DNA of 61,897 bases, counting the filler, from Choristocarpus tenellus KU-1152 (Eukaryota; Protista; Phaeophyceae), in the NCBI GenBank assembly GCA_964200185.2. It is 10 parts of 10 records of this genome, joined end to end, with 100 filler letters (N's around TTAATTAATTAA, not from the genome) between each part and the next. Parts side by side here need not be neighbours in the genome. Positions count along the whole stretch, not along the records: positions 10,867 to 17,921 come from CAXNAD020006773.1; positions 18,022 to 31,158 come from CAXNAD020001575.1; 8 more parts are not named here. One strand, given 5' to 3'. Below the pieces are notes generated by a model. It had not been told where the DNA came from. It saw nothing but the letters and a program-made list of their open reading frames with translations, and ran no database searches. Positions 10,867 to 24,000 of this stretch are shown piece after piece (position 1 is the first letter of the stretch; each line of letters starts with the position of its first letter). The position numbers and the translations under genes are program-made.

Positions 10867-13800
10867 CCCACCCCCCCGCATATTCCACTGGACTCTGTCC
10901 CTCCCAAAACCCCCTCCACTCCACCGCTGCCACTGTTGGTCACACCTCGATGAAGATGAGGCAGCACATGATCGTCTGGGCCAGTGTGCAGACCAGGGTG
11001 GCTGCCGGCCAAAGCGTCTTGCACTCCATGTTGTTTGGATTGTCCATGCTGCGAATGCCCATGCTTTGAGGCGTGGAACATACTGATGGAAGCGGATGGG
11101 GAGATGGGATTGCTCGCTCCTGAGATGGTTCGGGACATCCTTAGCACTGATACACGGGCCTGGGGCCAGGGTGTGTGGGGGGTGAGGCATTCTGGTCAGG
11201 ACACTTGAACAGGGGCAAAGCACCATGCGTGTGCAAAATTGAACCGGAGAGGTTTGGGGACTCAATTGTCGTTCTGGTTATACACGCGCACTGGTTAGGT
11301 TGTTGAGATTCGCAGCAAAATGACAAAAACAGGTACAAGGGTGAGTTGTGAGGTGCAACAAAGAAAACAAAATAAGATGAAAAATAAAAATAAAAATATA
11401 TATATAGAAAAAATATAGAGAGAGCTGGTGCAGAGGAAGGCGTGTATGGGCAGTACCAAGTCGAACTCACCTGTGCATTTGCTTCAACCTGCCTCTGTCT
11501 GAACGTCAATCGTCGTGTGTGCCTTGTCAAAGACATCGGAGACGAGCACACAGACTCGGGCTCCACCTGCCACTCCGCTGGAAGCGTGCTTGCTGCACCC
11601 CAGTTCGCACCCCTCGTGTTGCTCTGACCCACCCCTCTGTCACCTTCCCCACCACCCTCCACCATGCCTAAATATGTCCCACCCAGTCTCGGGGTGTAAT
11701 CCTGGGGCCGCTCCATCATGTCGTGAGCGTCCAGAACCTGGGGTGACAACACGAAAGGATCCCCCTCCTTTGTGTGTGATTCCCCTGTTCTTCCCATACC
11801 TACCCGAACTCCTTCCCCTGTCTCATCCTTCACATTCATCCCATCCTCCACCAACTCCCCTCCACCTCTACCCTGTAACCCAGCTAGTTCACCCCCTTTC
11901 GACTGTGAAGCTATCCCCACCAGAGCAGGCGGAACCTCGCCCTCCCTAACACCCGGCCCCAGCCCCCATCCATCCCCCCTGCCCCTTACCCTGCCCCTCC
12001 CCCTCCCTCGACTCCCAAGGCCCTGCCAGGACAAGGAAGATGGGCTAAGGCGTGAAACAAGCCCCCCTTGTCCCACTCCCTCAGATGCTGCCGACCTTCC
12101 ATGAGGTGCCTTCATGGGGGCTATGATTGTGCTGCTCTTGACTATCTTGCCTGCTCCTCTTGCTATGGTTGGTGCTGTCGAACGGGTTGATCCTGTTAAG
12201 CCCTGCTTGTTCCCTGCTTGACTAGACACACCGTTGCCCTCCTGGTGTATGCTCTTCCTGGACACATGTTCCAGCTGCTTCTTGAGACGGGCAATACGAG
12301 AATCGCCTCGACGATCACTCATCTTCGTGGGAAGGATTTCGAGGTGGGAGAGAGGGGGGGGAGTTGGAAGGTTGGAAGCAACAACACTGACGATAAAAAA
12401 AAAAATGAAAAAAAAAATCTCCCAAACCCCACCCAACCTGCCCCCGTCACTGAGCAACACATGCATAAGATTTGGTCTAACCAATAACCAAAGAGAAAAG
12501 CGATGGAAAAGTCAACAATAAATAAATAAATTGATGATACAGATTAGTGGAACGGTCAGGAAGGACCACCCTCACGATTTGTGAGCTCTGAGAAATGATC
12601 AAGCATTGCCCGATATCACCGGTACTGTAGTAGAACCATTACGTTGTATGTAACCAATAAACTGCATAAACTTCAACTTCAATGTCAACTAGTTTACATA
12701 CCACCATGCTGCGTACAACCCATCTATACAGCACCTGCATGCCCATCTGCTTCTTCTTGAGGTATTTCATCTCCTCAAACTGTAGGTGCTCCACCAGCCA
12801 CTGTGAACGCTTGAGTCGATTTGTCAGTGTCCTCTCAAGTGACTTCATGGGGGTGGGGGGTGGGGGGTGGGGGGGGAGGAAGAAAGGTTAAGGGAGGAGG
12901 GCAAGAATGAAATGACACAGAGCAGAACTCATGATGTAAGCATAGGGGCGCAATTACAATAGTGTTGGTGATATTGATGGCATCAATACTGCAGCTCTCA
13001 GGTTTAGGGTCAGACGCAACAACCCAAAGGGAAAGGATAAGGAGACTTGGCATAAGTTAGAGTCTAGGGTGGTGTCAACTCTGCCATTTACGGCACTCAT
13101 CTCTATGTAAGCACACAAGCACACACACAGCCAAACACTAGTAACAGAATCGCTTCATGCGGTCATGAGCTCCCCCCATTTACACCTGAGAGGAACTAGG
13201 GCACTCTACTGAAAAAGAGGAAGCATCCAGTGGAGCTATGCCTGGTTCTAATGTTTGATAGTCTTTTAATAGGGTGCAACACCAACACCTGGCCAGACAA
13301 AGCTAAAAAGGGAAACAAACTTACAACTTCGCCTACAAATAGTACTACAAACTCCTCATTCTTGTCAGGGCATGACACTAGTACTACAGGCAACATTAAG
13401 AAACAACGCACCTCTAAGGACTCCACCCGACAGTCCAAGAAACCAGATGTTGAATGCACCCATCTAGCCCGCAGCTGCACAGATCCAGAAATCTTGTCTC
13501 CAGTGGCGAGGTGCATGAGGCGGGAGCTGCGGCGGTTCAGGGGGAACCAGCCAATTAGCTCGCGCTGATTCTGTTCCAAGCGTGTTCCAAGCGTGTCGGT
13601 GGTGTATCAGGGAGAGAGCAGTGCATCAGTGACACTGCAGAAAATTGACTAGACCAACTCTTACAGACTAGTCTAGTGACAAATAACGAGACTCAATACT
13701 TGTGCAATGGGGAGGGAATGGGGAGGGGCTGGGGTGTGTGTGTGTAGGTGAGGAGTACTTCTCAAAAACTGAAGAGTCAAGAGTCACCTGCAGGAGGGAG

Positions 13801-14415
13801 AGAGGTACATCAGCCTGACCAAGGGAGTCGTTCAGCCGTACAATGTTTCTGGACAGGATGAGAACACGCACGCTATAGCCACGCTTGCGCAATGCAGCCT
13901 CGGCGGGCACCTGAATATACACATACAAATACAGAAATATGGGGCAACGGGTGGGTGGGGGGGGATGGGGGGGGTTTAAGGCGGGGGGTTGGGGAAGTAT
14001 TAATGGGATACTTGCACCCGGTTCAGGGGTTGAACCAGAAAAAGAACCAGAAAAGGCATATTGGACCACAACCACAACGAGGAGGACAACAATGTAATAG
14101 AGCGCATTTGGGTTTACATAATCAAGGTGGCATTACCAGCAGAGAATAATATTAAATAATAGTAAGAGTCAAGAATAAAAAGAAAGGATATAGGGTAGGT
14201 TGGTTGCAGTGTCTGAAAAATAGGGTTAGGGCTATTGGTAACGGAGGTTGACCGAACATCTCTTCTGTGCATAGTTTTTTGGGTTTTGCATTTTTGCATA
14301 TCTCTCTGTGTGGTGTTTGGTGTTTGGTGTTTGGGAGGGGGGTTGGGGGGTGGGGGCGAGGGGAAAGGGGGCAATTTTTTTTTTTTTTTTTTTTTTGTGT
14401 GGTGTTTGTTTGTGT

Positions 14416-14456
<41 letters not shown>

Positions 14457-17400
14457 AAGGGGGGCAATCTTACCCTGAAAACAAACCGTTGTCCTGACCA
14501 TTTGGGATTGAGGGTCTTCTCACAGTAGTAAGTTTCCCCTCTTTGGCCCCGATAGGAGGCGTTTCTCTGTCTAGAATCCCTATAGGAGACCACCCTCTGC
14601 TGAGAATCGCCCTTGTGTTCTCCAGGAAGCTTGAGGTAACAGATGCAGTATGGGTCTGAGAACCCACTGAGGTCAGTGGGTCTGAGACCTGTGGCAGCAA
14701 TAATCTACAGACAGAATTGTGATGTGTGTTAGTGACTTCTGTTTATGCCGGTAGTGGAGGTAAAGGTAAAGGTAAATGTAAAGGTGGAGGTGAAGATGAA
14801 GGAAAAGTTTGAGACAATTTCACCTCACAGAAGAAGTCATGCTAGAAGCACCAACAGATAGACGCCTTACTCACCTCTACCAAAAGTTGATTGGGCTCTG
14901 TGATGCAATTCCCCTCGACCCTGTCCCTCAAAAGGGCAGCCTGTGCCTCTTTTAACTCTCCCGACTGACATACAATCAATCACATAAACCAAGCAAGCAT
15001 GCAGAGACAGTGTTAAGGCTCAACGCCTAGTGACTAGTGTAGGAGAGTCGGGTTAGGGTTAGGGTGTGGTAAGGGAAAACCTCATCTGAACCACCATTTC
15101 ATTTCAACCCTACCCTCAGCATGCAATGTGACCATTGTAGTACAGGACGTGGACGCTATGGGCACTGTCTGTAAGGAAGTTGGTACGGTTGCCTAACCCT
15201 AACCCTAACCCTAAGATATATGTAAGATATATATGAGTTGAGTTGGGTTTGAAAGGTTGGTTACGAAAGACTCCATTGGAGTGTAGGGTATATATCAAAC
15301 ACGAATGATGTGTATCAAACACTAATCCAAACTCACTAGAAAAAATCTCGCCAACCAGTCAGATTTAAAATACCTCAACCCAAATCAATCAAACTTTTCC
15401 CCCCTCCCAGCTAGTCTTCATTAGGGTTAGGGTTTCGTAAGGTAGTATGTATACGTGGCCAGCCTCCATGAGTCACACACGTATCACTCCTGTGGAATAA
15501 AGAATAGGAGAATCTTGGACTTCCCCCTCCCCCCTCCGAAATAAAAAATAGTGAACATTTTTACATTTTACACACAGTAATAAATTCATGAGGTGATACG
15601 AGACTACCCACCTGATAAGAACTCACATATCATATGAACTCAATAAATCAAATAAAAAAAAGAAACAGCACTCTCAAAACAAAAAAGAGACTGGGGTACA
15701 GTACCCACCCCCCCCAACTGCATGATGTGAAAAAAACTAGGAATAGCAAAGAAATAAAAAATATTATTCACAACCAGGACAGTGGCAAAAATCAACCTCT
15801 TTACATGAAAACAACTAAGACATGGACGCCAACACACGCCTGAGCATGTTAGTGAAAACCACGACAATTTTTCCGCTTTGAACCCGCAACGTGTATTGAA
15901 ACAGGTCCAAAGCCATCACCCCACACATTAAGGCTGTGAATGCAGACTATACAACAGGTATCAAAAACAGCTAACCCCTCCTGCACTCTTCATTTGATAA
16001 CAGAGTATGATGTAAGAGTAAGAGTAAGATGTAAGATGTAACCACCAGCTTCACGTCCATGAACACACACATACACATACTCACACCCATGCTGCATCTT
16101 CAACAGAGACACAGGGAAACTGCAATCAACCATTACAACACAGAAGGAGGTGCAATAGTGCCTCTCAACGTCACCAACAGACACTAAACACTACTACAGA
16201 CACTAAACACTACTACAGACAATAAACACTACTACAGACACTAAACACTACTACAGACACTAAACACTACTACAGACAATAAACACTACTACAGACAAAC
16301 ACTACTACTCACCACGTCTACACCCAGTGCAGCTGCCAACTCATCCAATCTCTCCATGGTGATCTCCATTGCCTCCACCCCTGACGTTCCACTAGATCCC
16401 AGCCCGACAGCTGATCCTGTCTCCCCCCCAACACCCTTATCTGCCAACTGCACCAACCCCCTCAAACTCTTACTCCCAGTCCCGTTTCCAAATCTGCCTG
16501 CACTCCAAGAAAGTCTGCGCAAGCCTTGTCCGACAAATTCCCTTTCCCCACCTTCTCGCCTCCCTGCGACTCCCCCCATGCTTCTCTCCACAGCCACTGG
16601 GGAAATGTTGACCCCCAGCGAAGGCGGGGAAGGGGGCGGGGATGGTGTATCCAAGTCTAAGGCCATTCTTGCCTGCTGATGCACACTTTCCATCTTCTTT
16701 TCAACCAGGAGAGCAGAGCACGCCTCCTGGTACCTGGCAAGTATTGATTGGTAGGGTGGAGGTAAGGACAGATTTGGGGGAGGGTGGAGGGTGGATGTGA
16801 TGCACACTAACCCTAACCCTAACCCAACAGCAGCGCCAACCGTTTCCATCCTACTAACCCTAACCCTAACCCTAATCCATCCCAGCACCCATTCGAATAC
16901 ACTTACATAAGCACTGCTACCTACACCACTTCCCAAGTTGTACCAGTTGTACTCCCCCCACCTTTTTCACATCAAATTATTATTATTATTTTTCACATCA
17001 AATGCACTCTAACACTCTAACAAAATCAACCAATCGCATACAAGGACCTGTTATACTTGTATCCATACACACACACACACATCACACATAACACACACCA
17101 ACCTGCGGAACTTCTTCAGCACAAGGTCACAGTGGTCCAACTGTCTGTTCAACTGGGTTTCCTCCTCCTTGAAGGCGTTGATGGTCTTGCGTATGTCCTT
17201 GTTGCTTGACACCAGTAGGATGCGGGTGCGACCTTCTGCACTAACCCTGGCATGGAGGTACCTGTTGCTTGATTTGGACAGGCCCCCACCCCCGCCTTCC
17301 ATTTCCCACTCAGGTAGAAGGAGGCGTTCTTCTGTACCTATCTCATCCAATCTGTTAACAGCATCATGCATAGATCCCACACCAGCACAGGAGGGAGGGT

Positions 17401-17921
17401 GAACATAAAGGCATTCATTGATGTGAGATAGAACAGACAGGCTGAGGGGAGAGGTGGGGGGAGGGGGGGGGTCTTCAGAAGTAAGGAAAAACTATAATGA
17501 GCATGCTTGTCAAGACAGTCAGTACCATTCAACTACACAAATGCAAGCAGCAACAACAGTCACAATTACAGTCATGATTAAAAAAAAACAACTCCAAACA
17601 AAACATTTTTTTTTTGGCAAACCAGACTCTGAACCCCTCCAAGCGCAACAAAAAATATGACTGGCGTAAGTCCTCCAAGGTACTCAAACCTCTACTCCTC
17701 CCCAAAGGCAGCAAGTCAGTCATCGCTAACATAACTAACCTCACTATCTTCACAGGCCCACAAAAGGTTCCCGATTCCTCTGAAGCGACAAGCCCCAGCC
17801 CCAGAGACTGCAGCCTGGCAGCGGCTTTCCTTGTAGCACTCTTAGAGCCTCTCAGCATCTGTGGACTCCCCAGGGTCTCCGGCCCGACCCGAACTACCAG
17901 CCTTGGGGGGAGCAGGGGCTC
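10867..17921 (-). CDS. VPS13: Partial multi-exon VPS13-like lipid-transfer protein with C2 domain (both ends lost in gaps)
   Basis: Frame-consistent GT-AG exons: 17921-17740, 17351-17103, 16733-16313, 14964-14875, 14704-14474, 13910-13788, 13570-13412, 12833-12735, 12322-11471, plus an unresolved exon below 11200. Spliced product reads VKIVRLDEIG...LHARVSAEGRTRILLVS (VPS13 end-of-VAB motif LDEIG..ADGPTRVL), then a C2 domain (LLVEIIAATGLRPTDLSGFSDPYC..CEKTLNPKW..DSLGQADVPL..GWFPL..SGSVQLRARW). The C2 call is firm; the VPS13 call is by motif. Confidence 0.65.
16177..16308. repeat. 19-bp minisatellite (ACAGACACTAAACACTACT) x~6.5 at the 5' end of an intron
   Basis: Tandem units read directly; they abut the GTGAGT donor at 16312. 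Confidence 0.9.
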
Positions 17922-18021
17922 NNNNNNNNNNNNNNNNNNNNNNNNNNNNNNNNNNNNNNNNNNNNTTAATTAATTAANNNNNNNNNNNNNNNNNNNNNNN
18001 NNNNNNNNNNNNNNNNNNNNN

Positions 18022-18309
18022 TATTTTGCTTTGTGTGGTATGGATATGTTTATTAGCGGAGTGAGCACAGCCCTCGGTGGTGGGGGGTGCTCTCTCTTAT
18101 TATCTTATTGTTTATTACATATATCAGCTGACTTATCAGCTGACACATTCAAAACGTGTCCTGAAGTTACATCGTACTATGTCACTTATCTTGTGAAGCT
18201 AGTACTGTGTCAGAACTCCTCCAACAGACCATTTATATCTAGTTATATGAAATCAACCATCTGAGATTCGAACTCATTACTTTACACACACGAACAGACG
18301 TCAATAACA
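18022..18309 (+). mobile_element. 3' end of a Copia-like LTR element: polypurine tract + ~220-bp LTR
   Basis: GGTGGTGGGGGG tract, then TG at 18088 through AACA at 18309. Homologous in reverse orientation to 39681-39970. Confidence 0.65.
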
Positions 18310-18959
18310 TTTGTTCCACTTAGCCAACATTCCTGTTGTCTAGTGGTGTTCACTAAACGGATATAAACCATATAGACTATCAGTCTATATTGCACAGTTT
18401 CAGCTTATTACTAGCATTACAATTCAGAAGAATTCATCATCACAAAATAAATCACCCTTCAGCACCTTCAAGGGTATTGAGGTTTTGGCACAGCTATAGA
18501 CAATAAGGTAATGTTTTGAATCGAAATAATTTACAACAAAAAAATTGTCTGCTGAGAAATCTAAATATACTCAATTATAGTCAAACTGCATGTGAAGGGG
18601 ACTGAGGAATCGTGAGGCAAAACACTTGAAGGTGCTTGAAGGTGGTAAGGCTGCATGAATGGGAATGGAGACAAGTAAAATGAGGTACTAAAATTGCATG
18701 CTCTTTTCCCACAACTTGAAATACTACCTTGCATAATCGTGAAAGAAATCGATCGACTAAGATTTCTGAGATACTTGAACATGCATGACATTCCAGTATG
18801 ATCTACCAGAAATGAAGAGATGATGTGCGGTCCATTCTGGTACCTTAGCCTAAAAACAGAAGTCCATATGCTGCTGACAGGTTGGTCCAAACCCTCCAAA
18901 CCACAAAAAACTTCACCGTGGCTGTCCTTTGACCTCTGGAGGTGACTTCTTTAGTTGTT

Positions 18960-19450
18960 GACGTTGGGTCAATGTATTTAATGATATTTACTCTAAGAGA
19001 AGTCCCAATTTCCAAACAGATCGAGCTTGCAGCTAGATTGGGCACTCTCCCCATTGAATACACTCTAAAGATGCACCAAATGCCAGTCTTTGACCCAGTG
19101 GGCTTCATTGTTTTTGCCTTCACATGCCTCCCTTCATGGTGCTCATTTGCAATGAAAACGAAGGTTTTGCTAGTCGGTGCTAAGGCCAACCTTGTAAATG
19201 CTGACGTCTTGGTTGATTTTATCTCATCCTTCACCTTGCATGTAATCATACTCTGATGTGGGAGGGCATATCCAGCAATTGTGTCAACATCATGGTCATG
19301 ATCTAGGAACTCATCCCTATCATTCATAGAGTAGGAACCTTACCCAAGCACATTCATGGCCCATGAGTCAAACATTGAGATATTACTGTTCTACTAAGGT
19401 AGACAACAGTCACAATCTGTCTGCCCCATTGGAATAGTGGGATTTCAACA
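18960..19450 (-). pseudogene. Probable DIS3/RRP44 N-terminal PIN-domain pseudogene (intronless, frameshifted)
   Basis: LKSHY..PMGQTDCDCC (cf. REHY..CG..C..C), EFLDHD..VKDEIKSTKTSAFTRL..KTFVFIANEHH (cf. EEVK.RS..Y.RL...F.VF.NEHH), then shifted-frame KDWHLVHL (cf. WY..HL). Confidence 0.45.
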
Positions 19451-19804
19451 ATAAATCGAATCCCGGCTGGACCACTTTCCTTATGCCCTACACTGGGAGC
19501 ATAAAGATAGATGGACACGAAAAAAAGACTTGAGGGGTAACGCCAAGATTGGGATTACTGCTCAGGAGCAGCTCATGAATAGTGGGGTGATGGCCCACAG
19601 GTTATGATGACTCTATGACCTGGTCAGCAGTGGCACCTCAATATCCAAGAACATCCAACTCATGGAAGTGTTCAGAGACCGGTAGTAGTGTGATTCATAA
19701 ACTTCAAAGTAAAAAAACCCAACATTCATTTTGCTCCTGGGATCTAAATCTTGATTAATCGTTGCAGTAAATCAATATAGAAAGGTCCCCTACATGAGTG
19801 AGGG

Positions 19805-20067
19805 GAGTGAAAGTATCTTAGAGGGTACGAGTTTCCCATGTTTGTCCATTTGGGGCTTGGCTTCCCATGGTCTCTTTTTATGACATTTTCCCTACCCCAA
19901 AATGTTTCGGAGTATGTAAAATCTGTACGTTATGAAAAGGTGTGTCCGGAGCAAGGATAGACACTTTCTAACAAACATGATAGCCAAAATTACATCAAAA
20001 TGCCAACATTGGATTTTGGAACCCAAATGGATGTGGCTCTACCCTCTAAGCTAAGATACTTTGGCTC
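19805..20067. mobile_element. MITE family A intact copy
   Basis: TIRs GAGTGAAAGTATCTTAGAGGGTA ... TACCCTCTAAG(CTAAG)ATACTTTGGCTC. Both flanks read AGGG. Confidence 0.9.
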
Positions 20068-20612
20068 AGGGGTCCTGCAGAGGTTTGACAAATTTGACCT
20101 AAACTCATCTGTATACTCTTTCCCCAGTTCCAGACAACATTTACACCCAGACTTGACCCGAAATATATATATATCCAACTCTCCTATCAGAATTATATTC
20201 GCAGCACCTGTTGGTAGCTCAATGGAAACATACTTCCCACTTGCACCTCGAGGCTGCTTCCAAGGACTCCCAGCTATTCCCCTGAAGGGTGTGTAAGCTG
20301 GCTTGGCCAACATGACTATTTTTCGAGGCTGCCCAAGTTAGAGTAATGTGTCTTTAGGATGGGAATTGTAAACCATAAGGAGTGTCTTCAGGAATGTTGA
20401 GAGTTATTCAAACAACCCATCCCTCAAGAGGAGATTTACACAGTTGAAATGTTAATGGAAAAAATCCACACAATATTTCTAAACATGTTTTTCATTTTAT
20501 CCATGAACAAATTTTCTTATAGAAAAAAAAACTGTTCTTAATTTAGATAAATTCAAGGCAATAACATTTAGTCAACATGGTGATGCAATGCGACAAGACC
20601 TTTCACCTCCAG

Positions 20613-20642
20613 GACACTAGACACTAGACACTAGACACTAGA
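20613..20642. repeat. 7-bp tandem repeat (GACACTA)x4
   Basis: Read directly. Confidence 0.85.
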
Positions 20643-21069
20643 AGAACCAACCACTACATTTTGAGCTATCTCCTGTTTCATTCAACCACCACTCCTGATC
20701 ACACCTTAAATCAGAGAAACCAAGTATGGAGTATCAAAATGGCAAAGAATGAGTTTTAAACACTGTACACTGGAATCTAGTCTGCATAAGCAGTTGGCGA
20801 TGGGATGTGAATAGCAAAAAACCACTTCAAAAATCGAATAAAATGAACATAGTAATATCTACTACATCAATTAACATAGTAACATCTACTACAATTTCAA
20901 GTCTATCTCCTTGGACAGAACCAAGCATTCTGACGGTGCAGTACAAGCTTGCCCTCATCTTATCATGCATAAAAATTGGGACCAAGTTATGCAAGACACT
21001 GGACCAACTGCTTACGTGATTTGAATCAACCTCGTCATCCTCGGAATTACTTCCTATGACAATTCTTCC

Positions 21070-24000
21070 TCATGCAACAAGGCAGTCAATTCTCTTCTCA
21101 GATGGGAAAGCAGACTGAACTGTTTAAGCACAGATGAGTATGAGTTGAATGTGTATTATTCCTCACCTCTTGATTTGAGAAAAAAATACTCCAGAGCATG
21201 TGACATTGGATATATTAAGTATACTAAATGGACTGTTAACATCTAGCACATGGCACAAAGAGGTCCAAATCTTAGGATCTCCAATAGTTGGACTTGTTCC
21301 CCTTACGGACAATAAAGTCTCAGGCAAGGTACCAAGAGATACTCTTTCTCCATGCACTTACTTCCTGCACAGAGGCCCCTGACCCTAGCAACATTGAACT
21401 CACAGAATATGTTTACCACAGCTAATTTGATGTGAAACTTCAGTCCAGGTAAATATGCCAACCTTTAGGGTGAGCAACTGCTGAAAGCAAACCAGGTTCA
21501 CATGTGTGGATCAGCTGCATTATATCAATCATTAAATCAATCATTATATATAATTTTTGTGAGTTCTATCAATCTTGGAGTTCAGTTCTGAGAAAGCCGG
21601 AGGATCCTTGGCACGGAACCAAGAGTGTTTGCCATTACAGTCCAAACTACCACCCAGCATTAAAACACTGTGCAAGCAAATAATAGCTCTGAGACTGCAT
21701 AAAAAGTGCCCCTGTTAACCTCCCAGGTGTAGCTCAAGCATAGGGTAGATGCATGTCGCAAAAAAACAACAGCATGGCTCACAGTCATGCAAGCTTTGGT
21801 TGCCAGAGGAATATACTAGCAGCTAATGCTTATCTGTATCTATCACTTCAATTTGACCTGTCCCTTCTTGCACATAGGTGAGTTTAATCAACCAAGATAT
21901 GTGTAGCAAAACATCATTGTATGAAGTACTTGAAATATATTATTTGAGGTTGTATGTAGGTGCTAGTGTGCACATACTGCTCTATTACATCACAGAGAAA
22001 CGGCAGGCAGCCACAAGCAGAAGGGGAAACTAATCTGACACTGATCTGGTAATTATTGACAACCCATGGCCTAGTCCAGGATCTTCATCATAATAATTTG
22101 TCTACAAGATCCACCCTACACTTGACACCAAAACACATACACAATCTGAAAGTTGTCTATTCACCCAGAATGAGTGAGAATGATTATCATCGGATTCCAA
22201 GGAAGTACCTAACCTCCACTTTGTTCCAGGGATAGAAACCTCTCTTGATCATGTTGGAGGAAAGCATACATCCTTGAAGTGCTTCACAGAGTCACTAAAC
22301 CCCTGGAATTGTTGTTGAAGATTAGCAAGAGCATCCCCCTGCCATGAAGTGATGACAGAACAAAAAAATGTCAGGAGTGAGAGCATGACACAGAACAAAC
22401 AAGGACTCCTCTTCCTATAATATTTCCATCTAGGACACGACAACATAGTATTATTTACGTCCAGCAAGGAGGAGCATTGAACAAGTACATGCATATTAAA
22501 AAACACTCGCCCAGGAAACAATGGGTTCTGTATTGAGAGTAGAGGAGATTCTACACAGAGGAACAGTTAAAAAAACAAAGAACTTTTTGGGGGCCCTACA
22601 ATCAAAATGAGGTCTATAAAAGCATACCTCACATCAAGGCAAATCCACTTACCACTTTGATAGTCCCAGTGCATGTTCCATAAGTTGGTATTACACTGCT
22701 CTCTGCCCCAGAGTGTCTTTTATGCTCTGTAGACCCAGATTGAGAACTTCGACAATATTGCATTGATTTTGCTTTCTTGAGCTTGTCTGATTTGAGAGCA
22801 AGTAGGGCTCACTCTCTATGAACTAAAAAAGTTATTCAAGCATATGCTGCAAGCCCACTGAGGACCACTGCAGTGGTAAACTGAAAGAGGTTACAGTACC
22901 CATAACACTCTATTGTTCAGGCCGGCACAAAACTGTTGTTTACAGTGCTATACTTTTGTCTAAAGAACTGGAAGCATTTTCCCCACAACTACTGAATGGG
23001 AGCATTCTTGGGCAAGAAATTTAAACCAGGTCAGGATTTTTTTGTCACTTGAAAGACAGTGTTCAAAGTCTCCTAGTGGTGTAGGTCTTCAAGTGTCCTC
23101 CTGCATATCTGACCATGTGGCAATAAAAAACCCTTTCCAACTAAAAACCAGCTCTGCTACATACCCCAGCAAAAACCTCAGCATAGGTCTGAATCTCTAT
23201 CCCTGGAACCCCTCAGGCAGGTTGTTGAAATGTCAACACCCTGCAGTTCAAATAAACTCTATATAATCCCACAACAGGAAGTAGAGGGTCTAAGAACAGG
23301 GACGGCATCTCTCACACCCGAGCTAAAACAGACAGAGAGAAGTCTATTCCTCAGCATTGATGAGACTACAAACAGGACTAATTGAGCTGCACTCAATGGT
23401 GTTGTCATCATAAATACGAAGGTTCAAAAGTAGTTACACAATAAAAAAATATGGTCTTGGTCTTCCTGCAATGATACATGCACATAACTATCACAAAGTC
23501 ACAATTTCTACCCAATCATACACAAGGTAGTACATTTACTGCAGTTGCAAGGACAACATAATTGTCATCAGTAAACACTACAAGGCTGTTGACACAAAAC
23601 TTCCTCTCTAAACATCTTCTCCACAAATGTTCAGCAAAAATCATCTACTTTGAGAGTACTTTGGTGAGACAATATAAGAGCTTAATGAATATTTGGGTGC
23701 CAGTGTTAATCGCAGAAAACCTCAGTGAGGAATTAATTCCAAGGGTTGACTAGCTGATGTTCATACACAATCTGTGTGAACAAATTCTAGGTTGTAAAGC
23801 TTTGGGATTGGTTGAATCAAACTGTCTTTGTCCTAGTCTTGACATCTACGAAATTTCTTGAAATAAAAAAGACTCCTGATTAGATACTCTGAGCAGCTAG
23901 CTTATTGTTAGTCAGAGAATCTTTCTTGTGTGCAAACTGAACCATAGTAAGGTAAACAAATACTCACATTAGTATCACCATCTGCAGCACACTGTCGAAG

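Noticed and set aside
14330-14465. Long poly-G/poly-T tracts giving Pro/Lys/Gly-rich ORFs
   Set aside because: Intronic and typical of low-quality base calls after homopolymers; not coding.
16177-16308. Regular repeats as a possible CRISPR array
   Set aside because: Head-to-tail units without unique spacers, located in a eukaryotic intron.
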